A stretch of DNA of 60,000 bases from Lytechinus pictus (lineage: Eukaryota), in the NCBI RefSeq assembly GCF_037042905.1, contig NC_087252.1, positions 13,890,001-13,950,000 of the forward strand, given 5' to 3'. The position numbers and the translations under genes are program-made. Within the stretch, counting starts at the first letter, position 1. Each line of letters begins with the position of its first letter. Of this stretch, positions 52,829 to 60,000 are shown in pieces. The notes beneath the pieces were generated by a model. The model ran no database searches, was not told where the DNA came from, and saw only the letters and a program-made list of their open reading frames with translations.

Positions 52829-53308
52829 GTACGTAACTATATGATTATATATACTATTAGCAAATAAAGCATTTGATATGTAGGGAAGAAATTGTTTTCA
52901 TAATGAATAACTTTTTTTCTGTTTAATTTACTTAAGTTTTAAAAGAAATAAATAGGGCAAATTTTTTGCTATATATTGTCATGATAACCAAAAAGTAATA
53001 ATCATAAATAAATAAAGGAAATCACCTTATGTATGACCCATGTTTCAGTCTGCAAATTCACCTCCCACACAAACACACAAAGACACCCACTTCGAGACCG
53101 CAATTCAAGTAGGTCTATCTTTTTAACCTAATGCATCCATACTGTCATACCACATGATAAAAGAAGATATCCGAATGTGCTTACTACTGAACCTTTTGTG
53201 TATCCTAATGTATGACTTATCTTATAATGTTTTAAACAGAATGTCCCCCACATTGATGGATTGTGTCTTGTTACTTATACCTCTTGTCATGTGTCTTTCG
53301 TTTTGTAG

Positions 53309-53826
53309 GGATAGGTATCTCTGACATGGTGACAGTCAATCCCGATGTGGTGAAAAGGATATGCGACGGAATTGGCAATGGTCAATTGAGAAGGCTTGCG
53401 GAACACCTTGGATTAAATGCCAAAGGAGATAACCATGTCGATACTTCAGCTCTTGTTATCCAGTGGGCAACAGAGTGGTTCAGCAAGGCTGACCGTTCTT
53501 CACTTCTCCAATCCCTTAAAGGTACGTTCACGTTCACCACCGAGGAGAAATCTCGTAAACAAAAAGAAATCGACAATCTTTTCAAGGCAGGATTTGGCAG
53601 ACTTGCTGAAGAACTAATGCTCCTCGAGGTATCTAGACTATGTCTCATCAAGCAGGGGCCGATGACATTATCCGATGATTTCGTAGATGAAACTTGCGAA
53701 AGTAAAAATCAAGAGACACCTGAACAAATGGAATCTGAGAACAATCCACCAAGCGAAGCATGTTCCAAGGACTCAAGTACGGGTGTTCAAGGGACATCAT
53801 GCAACAACGAGAATGACGATACGTAA
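53309..53826 (+). CDS. Gene B exon 14: death-fold-like module 8 plus acidic tail and stop
   Basis: TTTGTAG| acceptor; LRRLAEHLGL...LVIQWATEW...NLFKAGFGRLAEEL; TAA at 53824-53826. Confidence 0.9.
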
Positions 53827-56497
53827 CTGTAGGGATATGCTTGAACTGTCGGAGAGCTCCTTAAAGTTGTTTCCAGGAGTGAAAAGAAATTTTGGGGGAT
53901 AATTTTTTTTCTTCAAATATTAATATGATTGTAGTGGCAAAGACGCCGCTGAGATGGTTATTAATGCTATGGGAAGGGCTATTATAGCTACCGAAGAAGA
54001 ATATACAAATGTAAATAGAACCATGGAGGTATCTATTATACCTTGGCTATGAGACTCGATGGTGAATTAGTTCAAATGATACAAGGATTCCCCCCCCCCC
54101 CCGTTTTCAAAGTAAGTTTTAATACAAATTCATTTTTTGTAACATCTTTGTTTTTTGTGACACACTTTAACTCGATTGACGGAATAATCGTTGAGTAGTG
54201 TGCGTATAATTATATAGATCGAGCCTTCAAACAGTTAGCTATATTCATAGAATTGTTTGATGAAGGCCCAGTGGTCAGATATTATGTCTACAATGTCAGT
54301 ACAACTATTGAATTCGTCATATTTTTGCCATTAAATTTTAAATGAAATGAAATGTGACACTGCTATGATTGTCACAAATCGGTATTCTGAACAGTGTTTT
54401 TTCTTTGTCATATCTCTGAGAAAGATAGAATGTCGAGAAAAGACAATGTTCAGAATACCGTCCCTGAAGATCAACACTAAATTTTCATGTCTGAAGAATC
54501 ATTGAGAGTTATGATAACTAGATATTTAATGTCATTTTTATGCTCTCTGTTCTTCATGTTGTATATGAATTCACAATTTTATACAAGATATTCATTTTCT
54601 GCATATTAGAGTCTTTCTTGACTTTTTTCAATTTGACTTATTTATACACTCGCGTTAAATGATTTTCCATTATATCCTTTTCTAGAAGTAGTCCATGTTG
54701 GGAAATCACAAGAACTGCAATATAGTGCCCCGGTACTTTCAGCTGGGAAAAACATTGAAATAGGCTTTCGGTTGTTTTTTTTAATATATATGTTCAATTA
54801 ACTTTTATTAAAATGTTGAAAAAATATATATTTATAAATAAATATATCTATCCTTTAACGATAAATATATCTATAAATATATCTATAAAATATATATATA
54901 TAAATAAATATAACTATCATTTAAAGATAAATGGTTTACAAGAGATCCAGGCTGAATGATAACATTACTACAATGTTTATTCCAGGATATATTGAAATAG
55001 GATCAATTCCTAATCCACCTGTCATTTTAGGTCAGAGCCCACCGCTTTGATACCACCTTTTTGCTATTTGTTTGTATGTAGTACAAAATAGTACAGCTCC
55101 TTAAATCTGCTCGCACAGTATGGTAATAATATCAGAAGTTAATTGTTCTTTTGTGGTGCCGCTTTTCCGACGCGGTGTCAACATTAAATCTTAAACGAAA
55201 GTTTTTGAAATGACATCACAACTTAGAAAGTATATGGACCTAGTTCATGAAACTTGAGCATATGTTTGTTCAAGTATTACTGAGCATTCTGCCTGAGGTC
55301 CAGGTCCCATGACCTGGTCAAAAGTCATGTAGGGTCGATGAACGTAGACCAACCCTAAGAATACATTTTTGAAATTTCATCATAACTTAAAAGGTTTATG
55401 AACCTAGTTCATCAAACGTGGTAATAAAGCATCACTTTACACCCTGTTTGAGTTTCAGGTCACATGACCAAGGTCAAAGGTCATTTAAGGTTAATAAACT
55501 TTGACCATGTTGGGGGTGTTTGTTGAATTACCATCATAACTGTGAACGTTTATGAACCTAGTTCATAAAATTTAGACATAGAATTAATCAGTTATCTCTG
55601 AACATCCTGTGCGAGGTTCAATTCACATGACCAAGGTCAAAAGTCATAAGGTCAATGAGCTTTGGCCATGTTGGGGGTAATTATTAAAATGCCATCATTA
55701 CTTTGAAAGTTTATGAAATATATGGACATAGGCGTAATCGTGTATCACATGATCAAGGACTCAATGAACAAATCATTATATTATATTACTTGCTCTTTTC
55801 AACGTCAGCACTGCTGCTATATTGAATTGCGTAATACTGTTCTTTTATTTTGTACATTGTAATTCCCTTTTAAATCATTTCCATGAAGAGATGAAGAGTG
55901 CTATGGACATGTATATCATACATTTCTTATTATTCAAAGTTGAATTGGTAAAGTGACTTTTCCAAATGATACAAAGTGCGACTATTTTCATCTTGGTCTC
56001 GGCCCGAGCTGCCGCTTACAGATCTGGCGTTCATTGTATTTAAGGCATTGTTCCTGCCAAATAGGGCCTTACCAGTCAACTCACCTGGGTCGAGTGCAGC
56101 ACAATATTGATAATGGAGCTCAAAAGAGCAATGTCGTGATATTACCGTGTTACGTTGTGTCTTGCCTGTTTGCTGTTGTTGCCTTTGGAATGAGGGCAGT
56201 GTGTTTTGGTCTGTTTTAATTATTTTAGTGAATGATTGTCATTATCATGATATTATTAGTAATTCATTGTTGTTTCTATTTTGCCATCATCATTTTTATT
56301 ATTGCTCTAATGTGAAAGAAAGGAGCTGTTGGGTGTACCAAGTAGGCTCACACTTCTTCTAATAATCAAGCTTTCAACCTTTTAGGGGGTCTTCAGCAAG
56401 GCTCTTAAGACACAAATATAAAAACAATAATAGGCAACAGGGTGGTTCATTAAGTTTGTCATTTTTCACTTCTCGAATCCATCAAGGGTACCATGGG

Positions 56498-56890
56498 TAC
56501 GTTCTCGAACGAGGAGAAATCTTGTAAAAAAAAGCGACAATCTTTGCAAGGCAGGATTTGGCAGACTTGCTCAAGAACTAATGCTTCTTGAGTTCCCTTG
56601 ATTATTATCCAATGATTTCGTAGAAATCAAGAGACATCTGAACAAGTTGAATAGTATAGTAAAGTATTTATTTTCAGTATAAAAATTCAAAACGGATGGA
56701 TAGCCCATATTTAGTTTAGTCAACATGACAATGCTCTTCTTCCATGGGGTCCACAATCTGAGAACAATCCACCAAGCGAACCATGTCCCGAGGATTCAAG
56801 TTTAGGTGTTCAAGGGACATCATACAACCATACTACCATAGAGCTATTAATAGCTCCATGATACAACGTTGAGAATGAAAATACGAAAAA
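56498..56890 (+). pseudogene. Degenerate relic copy of the terminal exon (B')
   Basis: GACAATCTTTGCAAGGCAGGATTTGGCAGACTTGCTCAAGAACTAATGCT and later segments match 53572-53825, with indels. Confidence 0.8.
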
Positions 56891-57798
56891 TATAGGGATA
56901 CGGCTGAACTCTCGGAGAGCTCCTTAAGATTGGAAACTCTTTTTTTTCAATCTTAATATTTGCCGTGCCAAAGACGCAGCTGAGATAGTCATCTATCCCA
57001 TGGGGAGAGGTTATTAAAGCTACCGAAGTAGAATGGACTACATGTGAATAAAACCACTGAGTTAGCTGTTATATATCGGCTGTGAAAGTTATGGTAAATT
57101 AGTTCAAATAAAACAAGGATTTTTACTCTTACAAAGTAAAGTTTAATCAGGATTCTTTTTGGTAACAACTTTGGTTTTGTGCTGCACTGTAACTCGATTG
57201 ACAGAATATAGTTAAGTAGGGTGCAAGATTGATCGAGCCTCAGGCAGTTAGTTATATTCATAAATTGTACTTTGATAAGGCCTAATTGTCTGAAATTATG
57301 CGTTCAATGTCAGTAGAACCATTAAATTCATGATATCCATGCAGGGGTGGTATTCTGGACAACTCGTCATTTTTGTCATCAATTTTATTAACAGTCTTCG
57401 AGATGTGACACTGCTATGACTGTTCAAAATCCGTATTAGGAACCTGGTCTTTTCTAGATATTATAGTTTTCTCAGAGATATGACAGAGATATGTTCAAAG
57501 TACCGCCTTTGAATATCCACATCACTGTGTTTCAATGTCTGAGGAATCATTGGGGTCATAATAAGACGATTGTTATATCATTTCGGAGTCTCAATGTTCT
57601 TATATATGAATTCATAACTTTATGTTACATAATTATGCATACATTTGAAATTCTTGGGAAATGTTTCAAGGCAGATGTCACTTTTTGCATATATTAGAGT
57701 CTTACTTTGACTTTTTTTAATTCGACTATTTATGCATTCGGATTTGTTGACTTTCAGTTAGATATCCAATTCTATTACTAACTCTTGTTTTGAACTTA

Positions 57799-59220
57799 TA
57801 GTCCAGTAGAAATTTTTCATACCTGGAAAAGTTGTTAAGTACAAGGTTTTTTTGTTGACTTGTGTTCTAGATGGGTATTGAAGTAAATTCAGCTTGGTTG
57901 CCACCTTGGCAACGTTGAGCAATTTTTTTAATTAGCCTAATTAGCATAATCATCTAATTAGCATATTACGATATGTAATATGCTACTTCTCTTAAACCAG
58001 AAAGATTAAAACATAAATAATGCCATTTTACTAAGAGGTCCTGTGACGAGGAATCGATTTATAGCAATAATTTAAAAATATAAGTTATACATTTATCGTA
58101 ATCAGCCTAATTAGCATAATGAGCTAATTAGCATAAGTGTAACATATATGTATTTGTGGATGTCTATCCAAAAAATGCCCCCTATAGTGAGGAATTCATT
58201 TATGACATTATTTTTCAATTTTAACCAATGTAATTGCTGCAATTAATGTAATTGCTGCAATTAACATAATTAGCATAATGCACTAATTAACATATATAAA
58301 TGTATATGTGTAATACATATAAAAATATATATTTCTTTGTCACTTAATATCGAGAATGTCCAAAAACATGATTAATACAGCTACCCTATGCTGGTTTTCT
58401 AATGGCTAGGAATTAATTTATGACATTATTTTTCCCTTACCAATGTAATTGTCGGAGTTAGCATAATTAGCATAATGCGCTAATTACCATATATGTGCAA
58501 TATATACATTCCTTTGTCATTTTATATCGAAAATTCTGAATACATAAATAAAACAGCTATCCCATGGTTTTCTATGACAAGGAATTAATTTCTGACATTA
58601 TTTTTTCCCCTTTTAGCCAACTTAATTGTCGTAATTAGTATAATTAGCATAATGCGCTAATTAATATATACATGTATGTGCAATACATTCCTTTGTCATT
58701 TTATACCGAAAATGCCCGAATACATGAATAATACAGCTATCCCATGGTTTTCTACGACGAGGAATTAATTTCTGACATTATTTTTCCCCCTTTTACCAAT
58801 GTAATTGTCGTAATTAGTATAATTAGCATAATGCGCTAATTAACACATATGTGCAATATTCCTTTATCATTTTAAACTGAGTGAGAATTCCTGAAAATAT
58901 ATATAATACAGCTATCCTATAGTTTTTCGATAATGAGGAATTATTTTGTAGCATTATCTTTTTCCTTTAAATAATGTTATTGTTGTAATTAGCTTAATTA
59001 GCATAATGCGCTAAATAACACATTTGCAATAAATAGATTTCTGTGTCAAAGTACTGTCTACATCGGCCTGAAAACATATATAATACAGCTCTTCTAATGT
59101 TTTCTATGTTGATGAATTCATTTATGACAGTGATTTTCCATTTTAACCAATGTCAATGCCTTAATTAGAATTACTGGCCCAATGCACTAATTAACATCTA
59201 TGTGCAATATATCAAGTATA
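57799..59220. repeat. Probable DNA-transposon-derived ~180-bp degenerate tandem array (AATTAGCATAAT motif)
   Basis: Begins TAGTCCAGTAGAAA where homology to the copy A flank ends; repeated GGAATTAATTT.TGACATTATTTTT...AATTAGCATAATGCGCTAAT units. Confidence 0.7.
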
Positions 59221-59230
59221 TATTCCTATG

Positions 59231-59500
59231 ACCGGTGTGTTGGCTCAGTTGGTAGGGCATCCGTCTCACAACCCGGAGGTCGGGGTTTCACACCCCGGCC
59301 GCATCAGACCAAAATATGTTAAAAGATGGGAGTTGCTGCTACCCTGTTTGACGTTCAACGATTAAAAGGATAGAGCCTCGTCGATCTGGCGCTGCACAGC
59401 GGCTGCCGAGCCCACGATTAATTGGGCAAAGCAAATTTTTGGATTATTTCATTTCATGTCTATTTCGAATAATATGGATTTTCATTTTTTCATTTTTTCT
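59231..59500 (+). mobile_element. tRNA-derived SINE (possibly MetaSINE-like core)
   Basis: A-box TGGCTCAGTTGG, degenerate B-box, CAGACCAAA...GTTAAAAGATGGGAGTTGCTGCT body, (TTTCA)-type tail; same family as 18410. Confidence 0.75.
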
Positions 59501-59610
59501 ATGTTAGTTTATATCGAGTGTGCCTGAAAACATGAAAAATACAGCTATCATATGGTTAGTGGTAATTAAAATACAGATGCAATACAAATATGTCGTTGTC
59601 ACTGTAGTTA

Positions 59611-60000
59611 TTGTCTCGCCTGCATAGCAGAGCGAGACTATAGGCGCCGCTTTTCCGACGGCGGCGGCGAAATCAGCGTCGTCAACATTGATATCATATA
59701 AACCAAGCAATGTCAATGTCATCATAACTTAGAAAGTATATGAACCTAGATCATGAAACTGGGACATAAAATTAATCAAGTATTACTAAACATCTTGCCT
59801 TAGTTTCAGGTCACATGACTAAGGTCAATAGTCATTTAGGGCCAATGAACAAAGATCTTGTTGGGGGAATGCATATCGAAATCTTAACCAAAAATAAGTT
59901 TTTGAAATGTCGTCATAAGTAACCTAGAAAATGTATGGACCTAGTTCACGAAAATTAAACATAAGGGTAAGCAGGTAATACTGAATATTTTGTCTGAGTT
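59611..60000 (+). mobile_element. HINE-family copy, runs off the window
   Basis: TCTCGCCTGCATAGCAGAGCGAGACTATAGGCGCCGC head and the same repeat unit as 5001-5370. Confidence 0.8.

Overview
AT-rich, intron-containing, repeat-dense animal DNA. The repeat families (15-bp-unit foldback element, tRNA-derived SINEs, Helentron-like elements) suggest an invertebrate, probably a sea urchin; this is inferred, not shown. The window holds a tandem pair of paralogous + strand genes. Copy A contributes only its last two exons (1127-2415). Copy B can be read by hand as 14 coding exons (signal exon at 26551 or 34937 through stop at 53826, about 1112 aa). It encodes signal peptide - Ig(V-like) - Ig(C-like) - TM - about eight tandem ~70-95 aa helical death-fold-like modules, and every intron is phase 1. 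The remainder is nested transposable elements. A CR1/L2-group LINE with a 50-bp duplicated target sits at copy A's stop codon; it contains a HINE-like element, which contains a foldback element. Also present are a truncated Gypsy element with a tRNA-Pro PBS, hAT/Tc1-type MITEs, RTE and CR1/L2 fragments and SINEs. A (TA)n-embedded unit carries a fully paired tRNA-like gene with a UCA anticodon and a 92-bp perfect palindrome. Domain and family names come from motif recognition by eye, not from database searches.
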